From contig NC_068998.1 of assembly GCF_001194135.2 (NCBI RefSeq), forward strand, positions 20,187 to 84,186: a DNA stretch of 64,000 nucleotides, given 5' to 3'. Below are positions 12,801 to 27,800 of this stretch, one piece after another. Numbering within the stretch: the stretch's first letter is position 1; every line of letters begins with the position of its first letter. Both the position numbers and the translations under genes were made by a program. Origin of the DNA: Octopus bimaculoides (Eukaryota). The notes under the pieces are model-generated. The model was not told the DNA's origin, did no database searches, and saw only the letters and a list, made by a program, of their open reading frames with translations.

Positions 12801-15800
12801 CAACAATTTGTTTTTTTTTTAAATTCTTAAATAACAAGTTTAATTCATTGCTCAGTTTAACTACATTAAATGGCCTTTGAATGCCTTTAGCACAGTCCAT
12901 TCCATTGCAAGCATTTCGGTTAGTCTCCAATTTGAGAGTTACTTCCTCTCATTATATTCCCAGACTTTGAGGTTTTGAAAAATGTCATATGTGCAGACTT
13001 TACACTTCTGATAAAACAATTCTTTCAAACCAGGTGGCAGTATCATAAGGTTTACTGCAAGATTACTATTTAGAGTGAGTCTGTTGTGGAGATGTTGTTA
13101 TAACTTAGATTGCAATGAAATTTACTGGACTGACATTTGTTAAACACACTGTGGCAAACCAAAGCCTTTAGGTATTCTGACATTGAGTTTTGGGCCTCAT
13201 TAGTAAGTTGCCTTAGTTTTATACATGTGTAATGTCTTTGGTATTCAGGTTGTTCCAGATTATGAAGAACAGGAATGGAGTCCTAAGAATAAATATGCAG
13301 GAATTTTCCACTTCAAATTCTGGCAGATGGGTGACTGGGTTGATGTTGTTGTTGATGATCTTTTACCAACAATTAATGGAAAACTTATTTTCGCTCATTC
13401 AACTTCAAAGAATGAATTTTGGAGTGCTTTACTTGAGAAAGCATATGCAAAGTAAGACCAGTTGTTTATTTTATGAAGAATTCTTGGACTATGTTCATTT
13501 CTTAAAGAGCTTCAGCTATTTTTTTTTTTATTATCTTCAACCTATTATTAATATAATCTGAAGGCAAACATGCTTTTGAAATTAATCTTAACATTTTGTT
13601 ATTATAAATTTAAATTTGATTCAATTTAATTAATTTTAAAACATTCTCTTAACCTTCATGCTTCTAAATTAAATAATCCTTCCTTTATACCTACCTCTCT
13701 ATCTGCCTATGTGTGTGTGTGTGTGTCTTCCACCATCTGTCCATTCAGTCATCCATCAGTTCATCCTAAATACACACACACACACACACACACTTTGGGA
13801 AAGGCATAAATATCATTAAATTCTATTTTCTCTCTCTCTTCTATATCTTTTTCGTCTGTCTCAAAGTAACAAACAATTATTTGCCCTGTCAATATTTCGA
13901 TAGGTTGTTTGGATCTTATGAAGCACTAACAGGAGGGAAATCCCGTGATGCTATGGTTGATATGACTGGAGGTGTGGGAGAAAGTGTGAGATTAAGTGAA
14001 TACAGAAGTCAAGAGAAGAAAGCAGAACTATTTAAATCTTTGCTCTATGCCTACGAGAACAAGGCTTTGATGAGTGCATCAATAATGGTAAGAAACAGCA
14101 TTTCAGTATTGATACAACTCTCAATATCTTTATAGTTTATCAGTTTATGACAGATGTTGAATTGCAATAATGACACATATGTGTGTGTGTGCTTTTGTAT
14201 ATTCCCCCCCCACACACACACACACTAACCGCTTGACAAATGGTGTTAGCATGTTTGTGTCCCTGTAACTTGGTGGTTCAGCAATAGACGCCGATGAAAT
14301 AAGTACCAGGCTTTAAAAAAAGTTCCTGGGGGTCGATAACTTCGAATGAAGAACCCTTCAAGTCAGTGCCCCAGCATGACCTCAATAAAATAACTGAAAC
14401 AAGTGAAAGGTAAAAAAATTTTCCAGATGATGATGATGATGATGATATGGAAATAGAATTCTAATCTTATCATGAACTTACAAAACTAACTTTTCCAAAC
14501 AATACCTGTATATCTTGCTAAATCTTTCCTAATACCATATTCCCTTCATTGTATATCTCTTTTATTCAGTGACCTTACTCCGTTCTCGCCTATTCCATCG
14601 ATGTCTTCCATTTAAATATCAAATTGAAAACAATTTTTGTTTTTGCCGTTTTTTTTTTTTGACGTAAACCCATTCAAATACCAACGGCTTTACAAAGTTA
14701 CTTCCCTTCAACAGCATTACTTATTCTTCCTCCCTTTACAAAACTTTTTTATATTATAAATGAATTTCTCTTTTTATTTAATTCAAACCTGTTGCATCAC
14801 AGATTTTTTTGCCACATTTTATAAAGTACTTCTACTTTTTATCCCAATGATCTTAGCATCTGACTCGACTGAAAGATTATTACATCAAGTTGGTATTTTC
14901 AGAAATGAAAAATCTCAAATGCAGGAGAATAGCTGTTATATTTCTTCATATCTAAAAATACCAACTCACTTGAAGCTTCAATGTTTGTTATAAGTGTGTG
15001 TGTGTGTGATTTAATGTACACTATTAATGAGCTGCTAATAATTTCTTGTCATTAAAGCACCTGGTTAGGACAGGTTTTATAATGCGCTTGACCACATGTC
15101 TTAATGACGAGAAAGTATTAATAACTCCTATTTTAATACAGTGTACAGTAAGTGAAATTTTTCTCTCACTGGGTAGAGTACATATTTGTTGATCATATCT
15201 TAAATGGATCCCAAAAACTACATACATGACCTCACAGGAAGCTGTATACACTGTAGTAAAGACAGATGAAAGAGAGTTGCTGCTCGCAGGGAGAGAATTA
15301 TTTCTAAGCAGATCCATCTTTTGTCTTCTGTTGCAATGTAAAACAACGGTGCTTATATGCACTGAAAGTGAATATTAGAGTTTCTGACATGGTAACAACT
15401 ATCACAGTGTCTTGTGTCCTAACACAACATCCATATTTAAGTGGGGATAAGTATTACCTTTTGGTATTAAGACTACTTCTGTTGTTAATCTATATAAATA
15501 TCTTAAAATCGTTTATGGGAAACGTTTTGAATATGCAAATAAAGCTCCTATTCCATTATGCCGGCCACAGTCTAATGATGCTGACTGGTGAACCAGTTTT
15601 GGGAGTTGCATCGAGCTGTATCGATATAATGTAAGATAAATATAATAATGGTAATAACAATAATCCTTGGATAGAATCTATGGACATTTAGTGCATTGCT
15701 ATGTGTGTTTCGACAAATCATATGTCTTAAGATCACAGTCCATATTCCTGGGATGATTACAATGTAGTCCATAGTATCCATGGGAAAATATTATGCACCT

Positions 15801-18800
15801 GAGATTGTTTTGTTAATGTATTGCTTATATATATATAGATATATGTTTATGTATGCATGAGTATGTATAACTATTAATGACTTATTTCTCTGTGTATAGC
15901 CATGCCTATAACTATGAATTCTCATATCATTTTCAGGCAGTGACACAAAGAGAAAGGGAGGCTGAAAATGAAGAAGGTCTTGTTAAGGGGCATGCCTATA
16001 GCATCACTGCTGTTAAAAAACTGATGATTGGGACATCTCTTTTAGCTTATTTCAAACGTGAAAAAGTCTACATGGTTCGATGTCGAAATCCTTGGGGTGG
16101 AGTTGAATGGAAAGGTGCATGGAGCGATGGGTAAGTTCCTTAAACAATGGTTTACACACATGCACGCACACGAATAATAGTTCTTAGAAGTGGACATTAT
16201 TAATAATAATGACTTCTTTTAGTTAATTAATCAGAATAAAAAGAAATATTAGAAGTAATGGAAGTATTCTTTCTTTCTGTATTTATTTAAACAGATAGAA
16301 AAGGTCTCTGAATTTTCTTAAGGAAATGAAATCTTATTATCTTGTCTTTTTTTTTTTTTGTTGCTATTTTCAAGTGTTGGGGAGGCAATCTTTGTTTCTA
16401 CTTAACAAAAGAGTGATTACATTCTTCTATAACTGGATGAGATGTTGATTATCATTGATAGGTCATACAATATATAGAAGAATATTAAAATTTTGTGCAC
16501 AAATAAAGGCAAACCAGCCATCAAGAGGTTAGGAATCACTACACAGACAGGGTTGGGGCACCTCCACACTCTGTCCACATTATGCTTTGATCCTTCGAAT
16601 TTTCCCATGTGCATATTCGAAGACCTCCATATCCCATGGGAAGTGGTTCATTCATTGTGTAAGGATTTTAGGGTGAGTGGGAGTGTCTTTAGACTGGTTT
16701 TAACTCTTCTATCTTCGTTCTCCTTCATTCAACCATTCCATCAGATCCTTCTTACTAATTCAGACAACTGTAATGTTCCGATTTTCTCAGGTGATGGGTT
16801 TTTTTCTTTTCTTTCTTGACAGATTTTTTTCGTCTCTTGTGTTCTGTCTGATCTCACTCTCTCTTTTGGCTTTTGTCACTTCTTCCTTTGTTTATTGTTC
16901 TGATGGTTTCCTGCTTTTCTTCGTGTTCTGTCTCCTGCAAGACTGCAGGAAGGAACTGCTCTCTCTCGAGCTTACAGACAACTTTATATTTTGCCTGCCT
17001 CTGGCACTGGTGTCATTGAGACTGAGACAATGGGATTTGTCTCTGCTACTAATCTGGCTCTCCATTCTTGGTACTGTAACCATTCTGTGAGAACAATGAC
17101 TGTAGCAGCAACCATGTTCCCCATCTTCGGAGCCTGCTGTTATTTGCTGCCTCCCTCCCCCCCCCCTTCTTTTCTTCTAGGTAGAAGGCTATCAGGTGTC
17201 CTTTAGTACCACATCTATAGAAAGTAAGATTTTTATCTTGCACTACCACTTTGATTGGCATCCTCTCTGCTTCTGCACATCATCATCATCATTATCATCG
17301 TTTAACGTCTGCTTTCCATGCTAGCATGGGTTGGACGATTTGACTGAGGACTGGTGAAACCGGATGGCAACACCAGGCTCCAATCTAATTTGGCAGAGTT
17401 TCTACAGCTGGATGCCCTTCCTAACGCCAACCACTCAGAGAGTGTAGTGGGTGCTTTTACGTGTCACCCGCACGAAAACGGCCACGCTCGAAATGGTGTC
17501 TTTTATGTGCCACCCGCACAAGCCAGTCCAGGGGCACTGGCAACGATCTCACTCGAAAATCCTACGGGAGCCAATTTCATTATTTTCTTCTGTGTGTGTG
17601 TGAATATCCAGTGTCACTTCCTCTCTTGTTAAAACCTCAGCACCAAATTGGACAGGTTGTAGATAGAAAAAAAAAAAAAAATTCATAAAATATAACATCT
17701 AAAAGATAAATCTTTTGTGTCTTCTGTACTGGGATATACATTTAAATGATTTGAAGTCCCTTTTTTAAAAACAACCAAAATTCATGCAATAAAATTTATT
17801 AATGACCCCACTTTCCTTAGAGCTGTCACAAGAGATATCCATAACAGCAAAACACAATAATAACAATGTTGATGACTCTGCCCGTCACCACCAACAGTGA
17901 CGGCAAAGACTACAATGCTGTTGGTAATAACGAAAATAGCATTTTTTTCCCAAATATGTTATAATTTATTACTTCTTATTTTTAGGTCACCTGAATGGCA
18001 AAATGTCAGTGAAAGTACAAAGAAAGAACTTGGATTAACTTTGGATCACAATGATGGAGAATTCTGGTGGGTATTGAGTGCAATAAGCAAGGTATCACCA
18101 TAGTTACAACTAACACCACCACCACATGATATAACTACTATTATTACTGTTAGCACTATCATCATATATTTACACCTTTTAATTGAATTGATTAGTAAAC
18201 TCTAGAATTATCAAAAAGTTTAGAAGTAATAAAAACCCTGATTTAATTGATTTTTATCATCAGGACTTGTTTATACTAGCAGGACCCATGAAAATTCCAT
18301 GGTATAAGTCAGTACATTTGAAACATTATATTAGTATACTGAACACAAGCAAGCAGTTTCAAAAATCCTTTTGATATCCTCCCATTTAAAAAGGTATCGT
18401 TTATTTACCACTTTGTTATACATTTGACAGATATGATGTGTTTTAGAGGTTAAGGAAATAAAAGATGAATTCCTAAATAGAAGTGGCTGGTTTCAAAGAA
18501 AGAAATAAAGCTCCATCACTGAAATTTTGATTACAAAAATAATAAGTGTTCCATGTTGAATTTTAGAAATATCTTACAGGTGTTTACTCTTCCACTTACA
18601 GACTGTATCTATAATTTGAAGATTATGTTTATAATGTGTGAGTTAGTGGATTAATTTCTTTGGCTGAAAATCCTAACTTTTCGAAATTGTCACTTAATGC
18701 TGGTTAATTTCTAATTTGTAGGATGGCGTTTGATGATTTTTGTCAATTCTATACTGACATTGATATTTGTCATATTGTGAACACCAAGAGGTTGACCTTC

Positions 18801-21800
18801 AAAATGTCATGGAAAGAATTTAAGTATAAAGGAGAATGGAAACCACCTAACAGATGGGGAGGATGTGGAAATAATGAAAATTTCTTAGACAATCCTCAGG
18901 TTGGTTTATATAAAGCATACTATGTAATGCATCTCTTTCACTCTCAGCTTCCTTTCAGGAAAATTCTCTGATTTTCACTGCTTTTTCACAACTTACTTGA
19001 TTCCATTGTAATTAATATTGGACCATCCCATAAATAATGCAGTTTTTTTTTCAATTGCATGAACTAAAAGTTGTAGGGGGATGGGATAAACTACCTGCAT
19101 CAACTTGCTGTAAAAACAGGTAGTAATTTTACCCTGTGCTTATTCTTAGTGCAAGTTTTGAAGAGTTCACTTTGATTTTTTCAAAGCTATAATGGAAGTG
19201 ACAAAGGAGTATATTTGGCATATTTTGCTTTATGAGTTCAATAAAGGCAACAAGGCAATGGAAAGTGTGAGGAATATCAATGCTGTATATGGGGATCAGA
19301 CAATAAGCGTCATCCAGCATCAGTGGTGGTTCCAGAAATTCTGAGCCAGAAACTACAGCCTGGAAGATCTGTAGGGCTCAATAAGGACATCCTGCAAACC
19401 CTGGTAGAACAAAATCCCATCATAACTGTTGAAGAACTAGCAGAGAAGTTTGGATTTGGTCATTCAACCATTCATTGACACCTGCATACCATCAGAAAAG
19501 TCAGCAAATTAGGTCAGTGGGTTCATCTCAAACTTTCCGAGTCTGATCACATGCAGAGAGTGAATGTGTGCTCTTCTTTGCTGTCACGTCTCAAGAATGA
19601 ACCTTTTCTAGACCGAATAATGACTGGTGACATGAAATAGGTTCTCTATAAAAATGTCAAGTGCCAATAACAGTGGGTAGGGATAGGAGAAACACCAACA
19701 CTCCAGGCTAAAGAAGGTCTTCACCCATGTAAGGTATTGTTATCTGTTTGTTGGGATATGAAAGGTTTAGTCCACTTTGAACTTTTAAACCCAAACCAAA
19801 TGATAACAAAGTAGATCCACTGTGAGCAGCTTAAGTCAGCACTAGAAAAAAAAAATGACCATTTTTGGTTTCAAGATGAAAGGTGTTCTTCCATCAGGAT
19901 AATGCAAGGATGTCATTCCAAAGGCTGGAGTAGCTTGAATGAGAAATGATGCCCCATCCACCATATTCCCCAGACATTGCTCCATCTGATTATCATTTAT
20001 TCTGCAATTTTCAAAATCATTTGGATGGACAAAATATGAATTCTGTAGATGAGATCAGAACAGTACTGGAGGAATATTTTTCACCACAGACAAGTGATGG
20101 AAGAGAGGCCTTGCAAGTCTACCAGATAGATGGAAGAGCATTGAAGAAAATGAAGGAGAGTATATTTTAGATTAAAAGAGAACTTCATCTTAATTTTGAA
20201 GAATAAAAGAAGTATTAAAAAACTGCAATATTTGAGGGATGATCCAATATTTATGCCTCTAATTTAGAATAAAAGCTGAATTATTAAACTGATTTACTTC
20301 AAAGTGATTTTCACTAGATATTTTATGGAAATTAAGTTTACTTAGACAAACATCAAGTTTTGATGGCAACAATAATATGTAATTACTTCTGACATTGGAA
20401 CTATTTAGAACAAACACCACCAGTAGTATTTTGTTATTGCAGTGTATACAGTATTAACAAGAGAGTAGCTTCTACATAACTGTTTCACATGTTTGGTATA
20501 GTAACTATAGATTACTACAAAAAAAACAAAAAAACTCTTATTTTAACATAAGAATGATTTGTTTATGCTCCAAAACAAGATAATGCATCCCAGCAACAGA
20601 GGAAAGCTGCTGGAAAAACTGAGCGAATGGTTTCTTTGATCTGCTGTGTTTGCCAAATATCTTCTGACCTAGACAAAAACTAAACAATTAAGACAACATC
20701 ATCAGAAACAACTTAAAAACAAAGACAAAAAATTAAGAATTGAAATTAGATTACAGAATTGGTTTGTTGGGAGTTTATCTTCAATTTTATGGCAGTCAGC
20801 TTTCCCCTTTAGATAAACTGAAACAAATTCACTCATCTCTTTTAATGCCGGAGTCACAACTGGATGAATTTACTTTTTACATTATTAATACATCATGGGT
20901 TATGAATAAGTCTTTGGTATTGTATCTATAAGCATTTAATGTTGTCATAAAATTATTAGATCCAGAAAAGGCATTTTTTAATTAGCTATCATGAAAATAG
21001 AAACAGTTTCATTGCTATTTTTAACTATTTATGAAGATATGTTCATCTCTTTGTTTGAAGATGTTAAAATGTAACAGCCAGAGATTGCTTATTAAAATTA
21101 TCATTAAAATCATTGTTAACATCATCATTGTCATTGATATTGTTGTTGTCATCATCAACATCGTCATCAATACTCTTATGTATGCTTTTCCATGCTGGTA
21201 TGGCTTGGATGGTGTGTCGCTGTTCAAATCACTCCTTACTTGAGGTTACTGCTCAGGGACTACAACTCACTCTTGTGTTTCATTTTCAACATGTTTTTAT
21301 GCCTGGATGCTTTTTCTAACATCAGCCATTTAATCGAGTGGACAGGGTTTATTCTATCATAACAGCACTGGAAAAGATATCTAGTTCCCATAGAGAATAT
21401 ACAATGTTTTCACCATTTGTTCAAGGCAACATAACAGCGAGTGATGAAAGAGAGAGAGAGAGAGAGAAGCACTAATTAGAGTGAGAAGGTGACAAAGGAG
21501 AGGGTGGTGGAAGAGAGATAGTGGTAGTTACATATTGCTATTGGTAATGAGAAAGAATGCAAAAACAACATGAGTAGCATCATGGGAGAAGCGAGGACAC
21601 TAGGAAGGAGACAAGATTATGGAAAAAGAAGAAATGAAAGTCAAAGAAAGTGATGAATTGCATCTGAATGATGGGTAGGACTCTGAAGTTTCTTGATTTT
21701 AGATTATTTCTTCCATGTCTGGAATTTCTTCTCTAAATTTTCTATGGATTCAGTTACAATAGCAAGGTCATTTATACAGAAGTTCCTGTGGACAGCCAGT

Positions 21801-24800
21801 CGTCTCTGTTATGGCAGGGAAAATTATAAGTAGAAGAGTGAGAACTGTGCTTTGTTGAACTCCTAATTTCTTGCTGATTTGTTCATCACTAGTTTCATTG
21901 TTATCTTTGCTGATTCGTTTTTATTATCTGTTTTCAACGTTGCTATGAAGAAGATAAGTTGTCAGATCCAATGTTACACTTTTATGTTCTGGTTATCATG
22001 ATTGTGAAGCCCAACATTTTCAGATTTGATTGTAGCCCTGTTTTACTCGAGACCTGGGTTAGCCCTTATCCTCAAAGACCAGTCAAAGATCGATAACCAG
22101 CACTCCACCGAGATATAAAAGCTGAGTAGATAGAGTATGATATAGTAGATTCATGAGGGTGTGAGTTCATATTGTAATGCAGGTATTTTATGTTACCCTA
22201 GACATTCAATTCTCTTTACCACTGGCATGTTACCAGCAAAAGACCAAAATTCTAACCAGGTAATGTTTTCTCTCTCATTGTCTTACTACTAAAGAAAGTA
22301 GAGTTAGAGTTTAGTTGTATAGAATATTGCTGTTTAGAAATGGATTCAGGTGGTGATTCCTTTAAAAAACGTATGAATATTACACCATTGCAACGCTTTG
22401 CTCTCCTCTTTAAAGATCAGATATCTCATAGTTACCATAGTTACCATGTTAAATTGCATCATATGAAAACAAATTCCAAATAACATAATATTGTGTATTT
22501 ACGCAGTATCTATTCCGTATACATAATACCCAAGAATTACTACTGTCTTTGGAACAATCGGAAAAACGGTCAAGTAAGAAGAAAGGTAAAGAAAATGATG
22601 TGATTGGCTTCACAGTTTTTCGGGTAAGCAAAACTTATAATTTAAAGAATGTTATTATTCATTCTTTCGTATAATTATGGCTACCTCTAAACTATTTACT
22701 GAATAGAGCCTAATATAGTTCTGGTCTCATCTAAACTTGACAACTATTTACTAGATGAAGAATCCTTTGTTTCAGGTAACCTTCTTTCATCTGCCCCCCC
22801 CCCCCACTCTGTCTTACCTAAGCACCCTACTTCAAACACTTTTCCTATCTTCCCTTTCAAACTGAACTTCAAACTATATATTAATTTCATTGATATTACC
22901 TCCGCTGTCTTTCCTAATTAAGTAATAATAATTGATGATCTGATAGAGAAGGATTTATTTTATTAAAATATTTTCTTTACTATAGTAATATCACTAGTAA
23001 AACATATTACTGGCCTAATATACCAATGTGTGTATGTGTGTGTGTGTGTGCGTGTGAGCATGTGTGTGCATGCACTCATGCTTGTGTATTTGTACAGATC
23101 CCATGTATGTCTGCGTGATTGTGCTTGTATATCTATTTGGTACGGATTGCCTCTTGATTTAAAGCTAAAATCTCAAAATTTCTCAGTTTGAAACTCATTT
23201 TCTTACTAGGTATGAAAAACAAGACAGTGTCACTTCCATTTCGAACAACATGTGCAAAAGTTTGAATGTCACAACTTCCTATTTTTGTAATTTCCCTATT
23301 GTTGTATTTAACCTCTCCATCGATGCTAACCTGTATATTTGACTGATGAAGCTTGCTTTGATGATTTGACAATATCTTTATCTTGGAACTGCTTCTTGCA
23401 CGAGTTGTTTCCACTTATTTCCTTACTCTTTAATGTCAGAAACATATATTTGAAAGGATTGGAATTAACAGTAAACATCAAATCAAAACACTAATTGTTG
23501 GAAAATCCTGATGACTTTTCTCTAATTCTTTGACTGACTGCAGTGGATGGACCAAATATTCTATAATCAGTTGAATCATCATGACAATATTTGCCTGGTA
23601 ATATTAAACTTAGATGAATGAAAAGTTATAAAAATACTGGTCTGGATTAAGCTTCAGGAGAATGAGGGACCATGGGGTTTTGTAACATTCTGAAATTTTT
23701 CAAACATATCTAACAACATAAATACACTAGTAACACTGTCACCACCACCACCATTGCTGCTGTTGCCAACAGCGCCGCTGCCGGCACCACCACCACCACC
23801 ACTACAACAGCAGCAGCAGCCACTGCTTCCACCACAGTAACAACAATTTGTTAATGGGTGATAAACTAAAAGTGTTTGCAGTGAAATAAAAACTCGATAT
23901 TTGAAAGACATGTACCTGAACCAAATGGCCACCACCACTAAGTGAGCAAAAAACTTGATGAGTTTTTTGATTTTGAATTATGTTATTGAGTGAATTTGTA
24001 GAATTGGTACTGGACAAAATATGGCTTGTATTCAGTTAAATAATTTTCTATTCTGTATTGAAATACTACTGAGGGTTGACTTCCTTTCATAGTTTCAGAG
24101 TCAATAAAATACCAGTAACAAACTAGGGAAGTGATAAGTAACTGTTTCCCTCTCTCCAAATGTTTGGATTGCTTTGCACTTGTGTTATTTAATTATTCGT
24201 TGTTAGTCATAATTAAGGGGCAACAAAAAAGTATAAATGTTGTTTATTAGACACATGTCAATGTAACGTGTCCATTATGCTACTAATTCCTTTCTTCTAT
24301 ATAGTTGCATAATATTTTCGATATCATTTTATAATATGTAATTCAATGTCAGTCTCTTCAACTTGTTCACTAATGAGTTTATAACTGGACACACATTCAG
24401 ACTCAGAATCTTTGTTCTCTCTGCCATTTACAGCCTTGCTAAGTGATGGCAAGTGCTTCCATGGAGAGGTTTGATAACACTGAAGCATGTCTACAGTTGC
24501 TGACCATATTTGGCATATCCCCCACCACACCACTACGTTTTCCTTTTTTATTTTTGATAAATTTTGTATTTTAGACCTTATCTTTCCTAAGAAAAATTAA
24601 TCATTAAAGTTAATGATTATCAACTGTCTCCATTTAATTGTAGCTCAACAGTAAATAGGTACTATGTGTATGTAAAGTTTAAGCAAATAAAGACTGTAGA
24701 ACTGATAGAAGTTCCTTTGTTTGAAAGAACTATCATATACCCCCAATGATGGGGGAAGAATCAATGAGAAACAATTCCACAGTTATCTCCCTTTAATCTT

Positions 24801-27800
24801 TACATTTCCTACCACATTTAAAAAAACAAATTCTTTTTAATTTCTTAAAATTTTACCAGATAAAAACCAAGTCAGGGTTAGAGTTTGCTATTTTTGTTTT
24901 TTGGTTTTATGAATCTATTTTTTATTTTTTTTTTGATGAAATTCTAGGCTGGCATCAATCAGAAATATAGAATTCACAACAAACTCTACGATAGAATCCA
25001 TTCTGGCCCCTTTTCTAATGCTCGAGGAGTATTTGCAAGAGTTGCTTTTAAAAAAGGGGTTTACTGTGTCATCCCATCGACTTTTGAATCGAAAATACGT
25101 GGTGAATTCATATTACGTATTTATGCTACTTCAAACATAAACTTGAGGTAAAGTTTATTTATGCTATCAACATTCCTGTTGTTATTGTTGTGAGAATGGT
25201 AAATGGCAGAATTTATAGAATCTTAGAATGATCCTTTGAAATCTTGCCAGAATCAACCTTAACTTTATATCCATTCTAGTTGATAAATTAAGTACCTGTT
25301 AAATAGTTGGGTGGTAGTAAAATTTTCCTTCAAACATTAGTCTTGTGCTTCGTTTAGATTTTTCTGATTAAAGTATAAAAATTTGTCATTATTTTTCCTC
25401 TATCCCAGAGAACTTATAAAAGAGGGTCCTAAAGCTAAGCGCTTCTTCAGAGCACCCTATTTAGCAGCTACAGCAGTCAATATTTTTCGTGGAGAACAGC
25501 TTTTTTCTGACACCAGTCAACGTAAGTTATCTATCCCTATCTCTCTCAAATATAATCCTACACTTTGTGTTGCCTTGAAATTCTCTTACATAACATGACA
25601 AAATTATTACACGTTTTCCTTTTTTTTTTTGTTTTTTCATTCTGTAACATTAACCAAATATAACCTGACCAGTTGATAGTAAGAATTTTGCTGCTTTATT
25701 TATGTGCACTCTATATGAGTTTAAACATAATATGCTGTATTGAACTCTATAAAATAGAACAGAAAGAAAATAGAATTCACGGTACTGTTTATTATTCATT
25801 ATTATCATTTTGACCCATCAGGTATCAGTGCCTCACAGGTGAGATACTAATACAAACAGTGCAGATATGTCTTATCAGATGACAATGTCAAAAAGTACCT
25901 TGTGTTTTAATCTCTGCTTTGCTTATTTCAATTCAAATACATTTCAGTTGTTGTCGTTCGCTACCTGTAAACACAAGAAACTTGGGTTATAATGAAGAAC
26001 ATGTCTCATATAAGAATTAAAGTAACTTTTATAAAGAATCAAAAAATTAAATAGATATAAAAATAAGTAAGTGAATCAAATAATATGCTTTACCCAGATA
26101 ATGAAACATGTTAAATAAAACCATGGATAGGACAAAACACAACTGGAAATTCAAACTGGTCTTAGGCAACCTTTATACTTATGTTCTTCATTTTAATCCA
26201 AATTCCCTGTGTATACAAGTAGCAAACTGAAAGAAGGGAAACAGGGATTAAAAAATGAGGTACTTTTTGAGAAGTCACCTGATGAGACACATCTGCACCA
26301 ATGATGCAGCACAACTGTTTGTCCAGCATCTCACTTGTGAGGAGGCACCTATGCATCATTGGTCAGAAGGATTCTTGTGAATAATAATGAGTCATGTGAA
26401 TCCCATTTTCTTTCCCTCATATTTTATAAACTCTGTGGGCATGAAGGGATTCCTGAAAGAAACCCAACGTCATTCAAATCCCTATTGTTGTGACATGAGA
26501 AAGCTGAAGACAGCGAACTGGCTTTAAAGGGCATACTACAAAGTGTGAACCCAAATTCAAAATTATTATTTATATATCATCATCATTGTCGTTTAATGTC
26601 CATTTTCCATGCTAGTCTGGGTTGCATGCTCTCTCCCTCAATAATAATAATAATGATAATGGACAAGTGAAGAGAACAAGGTAGTAATGCAGTGCTACTT
26701 GGAAAGTTAACCCAGAGTAGGAAGTTACAGAAAATGTATGTTAGCACATCATCATCATCTTTTAACGTCTGCTTTCCATGCTGGCATGGGTTGGGCAGTA
26801 TGACTGAGGACTGGCAAGCCAGGAAGCTGTGCCAGGCTCCAATCTTTTCTGACAAGGTTTCTGTAGCTGGATGCCCTTCCTAATGCCAACCGCTCGAAGA
26901 GTGTAGTGGGTGATTTTTGTGTGCTACTGGCACAGGTGCCAGTTAGACAGCACTGGCAACAACCACACTCATATGGTGCTTTTACATGCCACCAGCATGG
27001 GAGCCAGTCTGGCAGCACTGGCATCAACAAGGCTCGAATGGTGCTTTTTTCATGCCACTGGCACAGGAGCCAGCCAGGTAGCACTGGCATTGACCATGCT
27101 CAAATGGTGCTTTTTACGTGCCACTGGCACAGGTGGCACTGACATCGACCACGACAACGATTTCACTTGACTCAACAGGTCTTCTCAAGCACAACATATT
27201 GCCCGATGATTGAAGAGTACTTTTAAACACATCAGTTATGCAGTGCTGGCATTGGCCACGGTTATGATATTACTTGGCTAATCGGGTCTTCTCAAGCACT
27301 TATCTCCGAAGTTCTCACTCACTTGTCATTGCCTCTGAAGCCCAATGTTTGAAGGTCGTGCTTCACCACCTCATCCCAGGTCTTCCTGGGTCTATCTCTT
27401 CCACAGGTTCTCTCCACTGTTAGGGTGTGACACTTCTTCACGCAGCTGTCTTCATCCATATGCAACACAAGACCATACCAGCACAGTTGCTTCTCTTGCA
27501 CACCACATCTGATGCCTATTATGCCCAAGATGCTTCTCTCAAGACTCTTACACTCTGTCGTACATGCACATTGACATTGCATATCTAGTGAAGCTTCATT
27601 TCTTTCAAGCCTATGCATGTCCTTGGCAGCCACAGCCCATGTTTCACTGCCATGTTATATGGCTGTTGCATAAATGCATCATACAGTCTACCTTTCACTG
27701 CCCTTTGTTACCAACAGAGGTAGCAATTCTCTGAACTTTGCTCAGCAGAGACTAGTGGACCAGTTTGATGCTATTAGGGGAAATAAGTGGATGGCAGAAT

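Noticed and set aside
19946-20170. SETMAR-like host gene
   Set aside because: Part of a TIR- and TA-bounded mariner with many stops; no SET domain.
23654-23938. Gly/Cys/Ser-rich ORF
   Set aside because: Translation of mixed ACC/CAG trinucleotide repeats; no splice support.
26909-27160. CRISPR-like periodic repeats
   Set aside because: Whole units are homologous (no unique spacers), they sit inside a LINE 3'UTR in a spliced animal locus, and no cas genes are present.
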